A stretch of DNA of 38,824 nt from an uncultured Clostridia bacterium (GCA_947625955.1 CANQQH010000001.1:1-38824), one strand, 5' to 3'; positions 1 through 8,148 are shown, numbered from the stretch's first letter. The notes: generated from the letters alone by a model not told the origin. Program-made: numbers and translations.

Positions 1-3
1 AGA

Positions 4-40
4 AAAACGCCATACAGCAAGTAGTGTTATGGCATTTTCT
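4..40. terminator. Terminator-like hairpin, copy A of an inverted pair (partner at 489-527)
   Basis: A-tract at 3-7, stem GCCATA (9-14) / TATGGC (28-33), 13-nt loop CAGCAAGTAGTGT, then ATTTTCTTTTC. The core at 10-32 equals the reverse complement of 497-518 apart from a single-base indel. The closing base pair is flipped (G-C vs C-G), which keeps the pairing. Confidence 0.45.
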
Positions 41-245
41 TTTCTTCACTCTTCATCCCAATCTTCGCTTATCTGCTGCTTTTCGTCGAAACAAAAGCTC
101 CTTTTTCGCAAAACCCTATCGGCTTTTGCATTATTTATCGCTTTGTTCTCCTCTCCCTCGTCGAAGAATGGTCTTATAGGCCGACAAGATGTTTCGCATC
201 TTGCCGTCAACGATTGGCCATTCTTCTCCTCTCCCCAAAAAACTT

Positions 246-342
246 TCGTTTTTCGGGGACCCCTCTTTCTTTCGTTTTTCGGGGACCACTCTTTCTCTCG
301 TTTGTCGGGGACCCCTCTTTCTCTCGTTTGTCGGGGACCCCA
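246..342. repeat. 26-nt tandem repeat, 3.7 copies, each carrying GGGGACC(C/A)C
   Basis: Units start at 246, 272, 298 and 324: tcgtttttcggggacccctctttctt / tcgtttttcggggaccactctttctc / tcgtttgtcggggacccctctttctc / tcgtttgtcggggacccca (partial). A period of 26 is not a multiple of 3, so the track ORFs crossing it change frame at every unit and are not coding. Confidence 0.9.
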
Positions 343-488
343 ATAAAAACATCAACAACAGGGTTATCGTTAACTTTGAATAAACAAATGAAAACGGAGT
401 AACCTTTAATAAGTTCACCCCTGTCGCCGCCTATTCAGCTGACTAGGGCAGCAAATAGTATTATATTTTTGAGATAAAACACAAATAT

Positions 489-527
489 AAAAAATCCCAT
501 AACACTACTGCTGTATGGGATTTTTTT
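489..527. terminator. Bidirectional intrinsic-terminator-like hairpin (copy B), probably ending the ftsH / ORF-192 transcript
   Basis: A6 (489-494), stem TCCCATA (495-501) / TATGGGA (514-520), 12-nt loop, T7 (521-527). It reads as hairpin plus U-tract on either strand and lies about 100 nt downstream of the minus-strand stop at 624. Confidence 0.6.
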
Positions 528-556
528 ATTTGCGCTTTTAGCCAAAAAGATGATGC

Positions 557-600
557 TAGTTGCGGTTTCTTCGGTGCGACGCGCAGGCGCGCCGCAACTA
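557..600. other. GC-rich stem-loop in the 3' UTR of the minus-strand ORF 624-1202
   Basis: 9-bp stem TAGTTGCGG (557-565) / CCGCAACTA (592-600) encloses a 26-nt GC-rich loop (gcgacgcgcaggcgcgcc) in otherwise AT-rich spacer. On the minus strand it is followed by ...CATCTTTTT. Confidence 0.35.
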
Positions 601-623
601 ATTCGTTTCGCGAATTTCAACCC

Positions 624-1202
624 CTAAACGGTGGTGGACATATAATCTAAGTACTTCCACAACGCCGTCTGGTTCGCGTTGATGAGAAGCGGACTGTTCG
701 AATAACTCTTTGAAACGTCGAAGCTTTCGGTGGTTGAAAAATACAAAGCAACTTGATGACTCAAAGTCGATTTCTCCACAATCATGATAAGTCCATAGAA
801 GTCAACAACCTTTGTGTTGCCGTGAACCTTCACGGTCACCGATTGCTTTTCCTTGAAGATCAGTTCAAGACAATAGTTGTCTTGCTTGTTTGAATAGCTC
901 CAATCGTCGAGCTCTTGGTCGTAGTCCTGCCCCGGCGTTGTGTCGATAACGTTCCCATGCACCATATAGTCAAAGATGCTGAGCTTGGTCATTCCCTTAT
1001 AGAGGTTCACAAGCTTTTTGTAGTGAGTTTGGTTGTTGGTTTCGTCGCAGCTTGTGCCGGCGGTTTCGTTCAAATACACAATAACCCTGTCTGGCGTGAG
1101 CCCGAGCCCGCTATCAACCTTTACGCACGCGAGCACAACGGTTGCAACAACTATAATGCCAACAATTATTGCTGATATTATCGAGAATTTTTTGAGAGTC
1201 AT
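624..1202 (-). CDS. Hypothetical membrane-anchored protein (192 aa), translationally coupled to ftsH
   Basis: The N-terminus [27 protein letters not shown] is a signal anchor or TM helix, and the rest is polar with no motif I recognise. Its ATG (1202-1200) overlaps the ftsH TAA (1204-1202) as TAATG. Confidence 0.7.
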   Translation of the reverse strand: MTLKKFSIISAIIVGIIVVATVVLACVKVDSGLGLTPDRVIVYLNETAGTSCDETNNQTHYKKLVNLYKGMTKLSIFDYMVHGNVIDTTPGQDYDQELDDWSYSNKQDNYCLELIFKEKQSVTVKVHGNTKVVDFYGLIMIVEKSTLSHQVALYFSTTESFDVSKSYSNSPLLINANQTALWKYLDYMSTTV

Positions 1203-3532
1203 TATTTGTCACCTTCATCAGTAGTATTTTTGTTTTGTGGCTTTTTGCTTTCTGCCTTTGGTTTGTCGCCCACTTCGGCTTTTGGCTCTGCCTTTTCGGT
1301 CTTTGGCTTTTCAGCTTTTTGCTCTGCCTTTGGCTCAACTTTATTTTCTTTTGGCTTGACCTCGCTTTCTGGCTTTTTCTCGGCTGCCGGTTGAGTTTTT
1401 GGCGCGGTTGTTTCATGTGTAACTTGCGCCGGTGAACTCTTTTGAGCCGAGGTTTCGCGTTCTTTTGCCCGCTTATCTGCCTCTTTCAAGAGGTTATCAA
1501 CATAGTCGCCAGCCGACGAAGAAGTTTGTTGCTTTTGCAAAGCGATTTTCTCAACTTTTGCCTTTTCGATTTCAGCTTTCTTCTTCTCGTCTTCTTCCTT
1601 CTTGCTCTTCAAACGCGAGTCGATAAATTCAACAACTTCTTCCTTTGTTGACCCTTTCAAGATCATGTCAACCTCGTCGGAGAAGATAGTTTCCTTTTCC
1701 ATCAAAACAGCAACCATGGTCTCAACTTCTTTCTTATGCGAAGAGAGGATTGCCCTTGTTTGCTCATAGCATTTGTCAATAATTTTCTTGATTTCGGCGT
1801 CGATCTTGCTGGCCTCGGTCTCGCTATAAACCGCACGAGTTTGATAATCTCTTCCAATAAATGGCTGGCTCGACTCACCATAGTGAACAAGCCCAAGCCC
1901 GTCGCTCATACCAAACTCAGTCACCATTCTGCGCGCAATCTCAGTTGCACGGCTAAGGTCGTTTGAGGCCCCGGCAGAAACATCGTCGAGGAAGAGCTCT
2001 TCCGCACCGCGTCCAGCCAAAAGCACGGAGATGGTGTCGAGAAGTTTGTTCTTTGTGTAGGAGTTATCATCGTTGTCAGGACGCGAGATGGTGTAGCCCG
2101 CTGCCCCGCCGCGTTGTATGATTGAAACCTCGTGAACAGGGTTCGAGTTCTTCACGCACTTTTCAACAATGGCGTGTCCACTTTCGTGGATTGCGGTTGC
2201 ATGCTTATCTTTCTCGCTAACAACGCGCGAACGCTTTTGGGGTCCCATTGTAACTTTTGTGATAGCGCTGTTGATATCGTCTTGACTGATTGTCACTCTC
2301 TTTCTGCGCGCCGCCAATATTGCCGCTTCGTTTAGAAGGTTTTCAAGGTCGGCACCAGTGAAGCCGCTCGTGACTCTTGCTATTTCTTTGAGTTTCACGT
2401 CACTTGCCAAAGGTTTGTTTTTGGCGTGAACGCGAAGTATTTCTTCCCTGCCCTTCACGTCTGGTGGGTTGATATAGATTTGCCTATCAAACCTGCCTGG
2501 ACGGGTCAAAGCTGGGTCAAGGATGTCGGCTCTGTTGGTTGCCGCCATAACGATGATACCTTCGTTGGTTTCAAAACCATCCATTTGAACAAGGAGCTGG
2601 TTGAGAGTCTGCTCTCTCTCGTCGTTACCACCGCCAAGTCCGGTGCCTCTTTGGCGACCAACGGCGTCGATTTCGTCGATAAACACGATGCAAGGCTTTG
2701 CCATTTTTGCGTTTTCAAACAGGTCACGCACTCTCGATGCACCAACACCAACATAGAGTTCCATGAAGTCCGAGCCGCTGATTGTGAAGAAAGGAACATT
2801 CGCCTCGCCGGCAACAGCTTTTGCAAGCAAGGTTTTACCAGTTCCAGGAGGTCCAACGAGCAAAACGCCCTTTGGGATTCTTGCCCCAATCTTGGTGAAC
2901 CTGTCTGGGTCCTTCAAAAATTGAATGATTTCTTCGAGTTCTTCCTTCTCTTCGTCGGCGCCGGCAACCTTGTCGAACTTAACCTTCGACTCAGCAACGC
3001 GCGCACGATTTTTTGTGAACTCCATTGAGCGACTGTTAACGCTGCGAATCTGCCTCATCACCATGACAACAATAACAATAAGAGTTACCGCCATGAGTAG
3101 TGGAAAGATGATGTTAAGAATGCTGAATGTGCTTGGCGTTCCAAGAACAACGGTCACATACGCCTTTGGAACGAAGTTCGGTTCGTCTTGGTGAGCGAGG
3201 TTGTATTCGTCGATGATTTGGTAGTGTTCAGCGAGAAGGTCGTTGAAGATCTGCGCGCTGTCGCTCCTGTTATAGAACCAGTACCACTTGCCGTCTTTCG
3301 TTTGAAATTCGATGCGAGAGTTCGACCTTTCAATCTTCTCTACCCTCTCAGCCATAAGCTCAGTTCTTAGAAATCCAATCTCAACCTCTTTGCCCTGAGG
3401 CCCTGAGTTGAGATACCAAAATACCAATCCCAGCCCGATGACAATTAAAATAAGAGCAAGTATTCTTCGAAAACTGCTCGGCCTTTTGACTTCGGTCTGT
3501 TGATTTTGTCCGCTTTTGTTTTCGTTTTCCAA
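1202..3532 (-). CDS. ftsH: ATP-dependent zinc metalloprotease FtsH with a long Lys/Glu/Pro-rich C-terminal tail
   Basis: Motifs present: Walker [18 protein letters not shown], Walker [33 protein letters not shown], zinc site HESGHA, and two TM segments. I place the start at TTG 3532-3530, 7 nt after AAGGAGGG (reverse complement of 3539-3546). The track's start at 3577 would translate through that SD. Confidence 0.95.
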   Translation of the reverse strand: MENENKSGQNQQTEVKRPSSFRRILALILIVIGLGLVFWYLNSGPQGKEVEIGFLRTELMAERVEKIERSNSRIEFQTKDGKWYWFYNRSDSAQIFNDLLAEHYQIIDEYNLAHQDEPNFVPKAYVTVVLGTPSTFSILNIIFPLLMAVTLIVIVVMVMRQIRSVNSRSMEFTKNRARVAESKVKFDKVAGADEEKEELEEIIQFLKDPDRFTKIGARIPKGVLLVGPPGTGKTLLAKAVAGEANVPFFTISGSDFMELYVGVGASRVRDLFENAKMAKPCIVFIDEIDAVGRQRGTGLGGGNDEREQTLNQLLVQMDGFETNEGIIVMAATNRADILDPALTRPGRFDRQIYINPPDVKGREEILRVHAKNKPLASDVKLKEIARVTSGFTGADLENLLNEAAILAARRKRVTISQDDINSAITKVTMGPQKRSRVVSEKDKHATAIHESGHAIVEKCVKNSNPVHEVSIIQRGGAAGYTISRPDNDDNSYTKNKLLDTISVLLAGRGAEELFLDDVSAGASNDLSRATEIARRMVTEFGMSDGLGLVHYGESSQPFIGRDYQTRAVYSETEASKIDAEIKKIIDKCYEQTRAILSSHKKEVETMVAVLMEKETIFSDEVDMILKGSTKEEVVEFIDSRLKSKKEEDEKKKAEIEKAKVEKIALQKQQTSSSAGDYVDNLLKEADKRAKERETSAQKSSPAQVTHETTAPKTQPAAEKKPESEVKPKENKVEPKAEQKAEKPKTEKAEPKAEVGDKPKAESKKPQNKNTTDEGDK

Positions 3533-3704
3533 ATTTAGCCCTCCTTGATAAAGCCAATAATAAATATATATTAACACAATATATTAATTATTTCAATTAT
3601 TTTATCAATTTTTTTCAATGCTTCGCCTTGCCTAACAATTGCTTTGCCACAGCACAAAAAATTCGCAAAATTCTACTCCCAAAACATAAATTTGGCTCAA
3701 AAAC

Positions 3705-4235
3705 TTAGCTTTGCCCAAAAACGAACAAAATAAATCTTGCAACCTGCTTCACGGCATGCAGCATGTCGTGATAATTTTTGGGCGAGGCTGCCACTTCTCT
3801 TGTGATGTTGTAGGTCACGGAAAGATCGCCAACCTCAACTTTTTCGCTTGAAAGCGAGGCGCAAACAATGCTGCCCTCGCGAACACATATGCCCGAGTTT
3901 GTGTTTGATAGGGCGCTATCGAAAACAATGATGTAGGGGCTCGCGTGAAACTTATAGATCAAGTCAACATATTCTTTAAGATTGCAGGGCTTGATGTTTG
4001 CTCTTATGTTGCCATAGATAAACTTGTTTAGGTCAAAGCATTTGAGCAAACTCCCCATGAGCGGTCCAAAGCTATCAAACCAAATCTTCGAGTTTCCAAC
4101 GCACAAGAAAACAACCTCCCTTTCTTTTGAGATCTTCTTGGCTTTTTCAAAGAGGCGGAACATATTGAAGTTTTCTTCTGCAATCAACCATTCTTTCAAC
4201 ATAAAAATCACCAAACCAATTATTGCCATCCACAA
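3705..4235 (-). CDS. yyaC: YyaC-like (DUF1256 / GPR-type endopeptidase family) protein
   Basis: VVFLCVGNSKIWFDSFGPLMGSLL and SPYIIVFDSAL...VEVGDL align by eye with B. subtilis YyaC (VVVCIGTDRSTGDSLGPLVG ... PFVIAVDACLG ... VGD). yyaC neighbours spo0J in Bacillus. The start is uncertain: the track start is a TTG with no SD, and internal ATGs at MLKEW and MFRLF are possible. Confidence 0.6.
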   Translation of the reverse strand: MWMAIIGLVIFMLKEWLIAEENFNMFRLFEKAKKISKEREVVFLCVGNSKIWFDSFGPLMGSLLKCFDLNKFIYGNIRANIKPCNLKEYVDLIYKFHASPYIIVFDSALSNTNSGICVREGSIVCASLSSEKVEVGDLSVTYNITREVAASPKNYHDMLHAVKQVARFILFVFGQS

Positions 4236-4315
4236 AAGTTACATTCAAAAAACGCAAAAAACACCTGAAAACAGTTCAAAAACAACAAAAAAATCAAAGT
4301 TTGGCGGTCAATTAC

Positions 4316-4345
4316 TTTACATTTCCTATTTTTCTATAATATAAT
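4316..4345 (+). promoter_or_regulatory. Candidate sigma-A-type promoter for cvpA
   Basis: TTTACA (4316-4321), 18-nt spacer, TATAAT (4340-4345). AGGAG (4361-4365) lies 5 nt before ATG 4371. Confidence 0.4.
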
Positions 4346-4370
4346 TATATTAATATTTATAGGAGCAATT

Positions 4371-5114
4371 ATGAACTGGATTGATATTATCATTCTGTTG
4401 ATATTGGTGTTCTTCGTTGGATGGGGCTTCTATAAAGGCTTGATATTCTCCGTGCTTTCGCTGTTCGGGAACTTCGTGAACTTTATCATTTCTCTTGCCC
4501 TGACCCGACCAGTTGCATCACTTCTCAATTCATGGTTTCATCTTGAAGGCGCATTGACAAACGGATTTGCCTCACACCTAACAAAGATGAGCGCTGGCTT
4601 CAACACAAACATCGTTGGAATGACCACAAGTGAGATACGCTCGCATGTTGCCTCAACCCTCACAGAGTCGAAGTTTCCAATGAAAAACCTCTTCAAAACT
4701 ATGCTGAGAATTGACGGTGACTCAATAATTAACAAAACAAGCCTGTCCCTTAACGATATATTGTCAAAGTCCTTTGCCCAATTCTTCACCCTTATCATTT
4801 CATTCGTTATTGTGTTCGTCCTTATCTGGCTTGTGCTCTTCCTCATCTCGCTCATTTCAAAGCAGGCAAAGAAGGTTGACGGAATAAGAATAACCGACAG
4901 AATCTTGGGCCTCGTCTTTGGAATAATCAAAGGTTCATTCGTTATTTGCGTTGTATTCGCAATTCTAGCTTTCTTCAATGAAAACGGTGTTCTTGCCCCA
5001 CTGTTCGACTATATCAAAGAATCCTCGCTTGGAAACTTCTTCTATTCAAACGTCAACTATCTTGTTGACAAATACATAAACTTCAAAATCGTTGTCAATG
5101 CGGTCAAAACCTAA
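4371..5114 (+). CDS. cvpA: CvpA-family (colicin V production) integral membrane protein
   Basis: MNWIDIIILLILVFFVGWGFYKGLI... is a typical CvpA N-terminus. The protein has several hydrophobic helices, and a strong SD precedes the ATG. Confidence 0.75.
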   Translation: MNWIDIIILLILVFFVGWGFYKGLIFSVLSLFGNFVNFIISLALTRPVASLLNSWFHLEGALTNGFASHLTKMSAGFNTNIVGMTTSEIRSHVASTLTESKFPMKNLFKTMLRIDGDSIINKTSLSLNDILSKSFAQFFTLIISFVIVFVLIWLVLFLISLISKQAKKVDGIRITDRILGLVFGIIKGSFVICVVFAILAFFNENGVLAPLFDYIKESSLGNFFYSNVNYLVDKYINFKIVVNAVKT

Positions 5115-5115
5115 A

Positions 5116-5142
5116 ATATGCGAATCTATCGCATATTTTTTC
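5116..5142 (+). terminator. Intrinsic terminator 1 after cvpA
   Basis: Stem ATATGCGA (5116-5123) / TCGCATAT (5129-5136), 5-nt loop, T6 (5137-5142). It begins 2 nt after the TAA stop. Confidence 0.75.
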
Positions 5143-5145
5143 TTT

Positions 5146-5172
5146 GCATGGCTCTGCCATGCTTTTATTTTT
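5146..5172 (+). terminator. Intrinsic terminator 2 (tandem) after cvpA
   Basis: Stem GCATGGC (5146-5152) / GCCATGC (5156-5162), 3-nt loop, followed by TTTTATTTTT. Confidence 0.6.
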
Positions 5173-5466
5173 GGTTGTTTACTTTTCAAAACAAGCAATC
5201 AAAAGCATTTGATAAGAACAACAAACAATCACTCTAAAAACCAATAAAAACACAAAATCATTGCCAGTTGGTTGCATAAATAAATGCACGCAGCAGTAAT
5301 CAAATAAAAAGCAACAATCCCAAAATGCAGCTTAATATATCTCCGCCCACATAATTAGTACAACAATAATTAATCATTATTAGTCTTTATTCCCACCCAA
5401 CCATAGTTTATAAAAGAAAAACCAAACTCACCCGTCAAAAAAAATAAATTGTTAAAAAGTTTTCCC

Positions 5467-5482
5467 GGTTTCATGTGAAACT
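5467..5482. promoter_or_regulatory. parS-like palindrome (best copy)
   Basis: GGTTTCATGTGAAACT against the Bacillota parS consensus TGTTTCACGTGAAACA. The 14-nt core GTTTCA-TG-TGAAAC differs from GTTTCA-CG-TGAAAC at one position, and both 6-nt arms are perfect. Confidence 0.5.
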
Positions 5483-5780
5483 GAAAAAACATCAACAAAC
5501 TTAGAACAACAGCTTGTTTTGCCCCAAAATGTCAAAATACCGAGACGCAAACAAAAAATCATGCCATCTAAAACGCAAGTTTCACAGTGGTCGCGATAAA
5601 TTATCGCCCAAAAGGGCAACTCGGCTTCTAGGCGGCAATTTCGCCGTCATTTGTTAATACAGGCAAACTTGCAATATCAATAAACACACACTTAGAATTA
5701 TTACAAAAAACGCAAAATGAAAGCTAAAACAACGCAAAATGGGGTTAATTCGCCCCTTTTCCAACATTGTTGTGAAAAAA

Positions 5781-5794
5781 GTTTCGCATGAAAC
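5781..5794. promoter_or_regulatory. parS-like site (2 core mismatches)
   Basis: GTTTCGCATGAAAC against GTTTCACGTGAAAC. Confidence 0.35.
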
Positions 5795-6264
5795 AACAAC
5801 TTCACAAAAGTATTCCATTGTATCAAAATAAACAATTGCATATATAAAATTTGAAAAATAATTCGCAAAAATTATAATAACACAGCTGCAAGTCATTGCA
5901 ATGAAACAAACAACAGATAACCAGCTTGTCGGTTTATAAGAAACATTAATTGCCATTATTACCCGCCCAGCATAAAACAGAACACGATTCAATCAAGTAT
6001 TGAAATTTGCAAGCCAACAAAGCCAGGTCATCAAGTGGTGGATTTTCCAAAACAACAAATATCGTTTTCTGTTTTGCCAGACAAAAAATGACAAAATTTG
6101 AGCCAGCAACGCTTTAATAAAACAGATTAGCAGCGCAAGCAAAAATCAACCCCTTCTAAAACCTGTGTTTTGGGGTGGTTGTGATTAATCACTTTAAGAG
6201 ATATTAAAAGTCTCTTCTAGGTGGCATTTTGGGCCTCGTTGACTTTTTGTGGTGAATTTGACCA

Positions 6265-6278
6265 GTTCCACATGAAAC
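6265..6278. promoter_or_regulatory. parS-like site (2 core mismatches)
   Basis: GTTCCACATGAAAC against GTTTCACGTGAAAC. Confidence 0.35.
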
Positions 6279-6384
6279 TCACAAAAAATACCATTTTCAC
6301 CCTATTTCAAAGTCAAAAAACGCAATATTTTTGAAAAACGCCATATTTTTGGGCTGTTTTAACGCTATTTTGAGTTAAATTTGC

Positions 6385-6416
6385 GAAAAATAAACACCCG
6401 ACTGGTGTCGGGTGTT
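6385..6416 (-). terminator. Intrinsic terminator of the parA-parB operon
   Basis: 10-bp stem AACACCCGAC (6393-6402) / GTCGGGTGTT (6407-6416), 4-nt loop. On the minus strand it is followed by TATTTTT, and it starts 15 nt past the parB stop. Confidence 0.8.
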
Positions 6417-6431
6417 ACTTCATTAATAGTT

Positions 6432-7337
6432 TTACTTGTTTATAATACTATAAATCCTGTCAAGGTCCTCAGGTGAATAGTAGTCAATATAAATTCTGCC
6501 CTTCTTGTCGTTGCCAATGATTGAAACCTTTGTTGCAAAAATGCGATTAAGGTTGTTTGCAAAGTCTTTGAGTTCAAGGCTCTGCTGTTCCTTCTTTGTT
6601 GACTTACCTGGTTTTGAAAGTTTCCTAACAAGCAATTCAAGGTCTCGCACACTCATTTTCTTTGCAATAACCATGTTTGCAAGCTCAATCTGCTGTTCCT
6701 TTGATTCAATGGTGATGAGCGTTCTTGCATGCCCTGCCGAGAGTTTTCCTTGCTCAATGAGCGCGATAATCTCTTCTGGCAATGTCAAGAGCCTAAGCGT
6801 GTTTGTGACAGCTGGGCGGCTTTTACCAATTTTATCAGCAACCACGTCCTGCGTTAGGCCATAGTTTTTGATAAGGTTACTTATTGCGCGCGCAGCTTCG
6901 ATTGGGTTCAAATCCTCTCTTTGCAAGTTTTCAATGATTGAGACCTCGCTGATTTGCTCTGCGGTATAGTTCTTAACGATAACAGGCACCTTTTTGAGCC
7001 CAGCCATTCTCGCGGCGCGGAATCTTCTTTCACCAGCAATGATTTGATATCTGCTGCCGTTTTTCTGCACTATAAGTGGTTGAATAATACCATGCACCTT
7101 GATTGATTGTGCAAGTTCTTTAAGCGCTTTTTCGTCGAAATTCTTTCTTGGTTGGTTTTCGTTTCTATCAATAAGGCCGATATCAACCTCAACAACAGTT
7201 TCTGCACCCTCGATAGGTTCAGCGTCTTGCTTATTTGTTTCAACGGGCGAATCAGCCTTTTTCTCTTCTATATCATACTTCTCATATTCACCAAAAAGTG
7301 AACCCAGGCCTCTTCCCAAACCTCTTTTCATGTTCAT
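6432..7337 (-). CDS. parB: Chromosome partitioning protein ParB / Spo0J
   Basis: The N-terminus is GLGRGLGSL, the ParB box is GERRFRAARMAGL, and an HTH region (QDVVADKIGKSRPAVTNTLRLL) is present. It lies immediately downstream of parA, and AAGGGG precedes the ATG. Confidence 0.95.
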   Translation of the reverse strand: MNMKRGLGRGLGSLFGEYEKYDIEEKKADSPVETNKQDAEPIEGAETVVEVDIGLIDRNENQPRKNFDEKALKELAQSIKVHGIIQPLIVQKNGSRYQIIAGERRFRAARMAGLKKVPVIVKNYTAEQISEVSIIENLQREDLNPIEAARAISNLIKNYGLTQDVVADKIGKSRPAVTNTLRLLTLPEEIIALIEQGKLSAGHARTLITIESKEQQIELANMVIAKKMSVRDLELLVRKLSKPGKSTKKEQQSLELKDFANNLNRIFATKVSIIGNDKKGRIYIDYYSPEDLDRIYSIINK

Positions 7338-7338
7338 A

Positions 7339-8148
7339 TTACTTTACCCCTTTGTTCTTACGCATAATTTTTTTATAGTCAACTTTGTTCTTATCAAAAT
7401 ATTCCTCAGTCAGTTTCAAATACGCCAAACTTCCTTGGCACGACTTATCATATAAATAAATTGGCATACCAAAGCTTGGCGCCTCAGCCAAACGAACATT
7501 TCTTGGAATGGTTGTGTTGAACACCGAACTTCCAAAAAACTTGCCAATTTCCTCAGCAACTTGCCTTCCAAGATTACTTCTGCTATCGCGCATAGTCAAA
7601 ACAACGCCTTCAACTTGAAGTTGAGGATTGAGCATTGTTTTCTTCACAAGTCGTATGGTGTTCATGAGCTGGCTCAAACCTTCAAGGGCAAAAAATTCGC
7701 ACTGTATTGGAATTATAACCCCATCAGCAGCCGTCAGCGCATTGACTGTTAGAAGTGCCAGAGATGGTGGGCAGTCAATAGTTATATAATCATAACTATT
7801 TTTTACTTCATTCAAAGCTTTTTTCAAAACATTTTCGCGCTCTTTCATATACACGAGTTCAACTTCAACACCAGCCAAATCAATATTTGCTGGCAAAATA
7901 TCAAGTCCCGGTATTTCAGTTTTGCGAATAACCTCTTTTGCGTCGGCGTTTCCGCTGATAACATCATAGATAGACCTAACGTCGCCAGTTTTGTCTTGAC
8001 CAAGACCGCTGGTTGCGTTGCCTTGCGGGTCAACATCAACAACCAAAACTTTTTTGCCCATGAGAGCCATATAGGTTGACATGTTGATGCAGGTTGTGGT
8101 TTTTCCAACGCCGCCTTTCTGGTTTGTGAATGCTATAATTTTTCCCAT
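7339..8148 (-). CDS. parA: Chromosome partitioning ATPase ParA / Soj
   Basis: Deviant Walker A NQKGGVGKTT plus DCPPSL and the rest of the ParA/MinD fold pattern. An AGAGG SD lies 8 nt upstream. Confidence 0.95.
   Translation of the reverse strand: MGKIIAFTNQKGGVGKTTTCINMSTYMALMGKKVLVVDVDPQGNATSGLGQDKTGDVRSIYDVISGNADAKEVIRKTEIPGLDILPANIDLAGVEVELVYMKERENVLKKALNEVKNSYDYITIDCPPSLALLTVNALTAADGVIIPIQCEFFALEGLSQLMNTIRLVKKTMLNPQLQVEGVVLTMRDSRSNLGRQVAEEIGKFFGSSVFNTTIPRNVRLAEAPSFGMPIYLYDKSCQGSLAYLKLTEEYFDKNKVDYKKIMRKNKGVK

Noticed and set aside
246-342. CRISPR array
   Set aside because: The repeats are directly abutting with no spacers, there are only 3.7 units, and no cas genes are in the window.
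29-418. Track ORFs 29-346, 189-383, 214-402 (+) and 131-418 (-) as protein genes
   Set aside because: They run through the 26-nt tandem repeat (a period not divisible by 3) and through hairpins. They give reiterated low-complexity peptides in shifting frames and lack SDs.
1114-3370. Track ORFs overlapping ftsH (1114-1416, 1206-1394, 1235-1435, 1432-1651, 2426-3028 200 aa, 2506-2889, 2925-3194 and others)
   Set aside because: They are out of frame or antisense to a gene with unambiguous FtsH motifs, and they have no motifs of their own.
3533-3577. Longer N-terminus for FtsH (MLIYIYYWLYQGGLN...)
   Set aside because: The extension would translate the AAGGAGGG SD itself and is implausibly Tyr/Ile-rich. 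TTG at 3532 sits at the proper distance from the SD.
5654-5992. 112-aa ORF in the non-coding island as a small membrane protein
   Set aside because: It has a TTG start without an SD, and an internal ATG at 5956 has only a weak GGGCGGG upstream. Its Phe/Cys/Ile-rich composition is what a T-rich strand yields by chance. I cannot exclude it, but there is no positive evidence.
2-6345. Exact 13-mer GAAAAACGCCATA shared by 2-14 and 6333-6345 as evidence of a dispersed element
   Set aside because: A 13-nt exact match is expected by chance several times in an AT-rich window of this size, and the similarity does not extend on either side.
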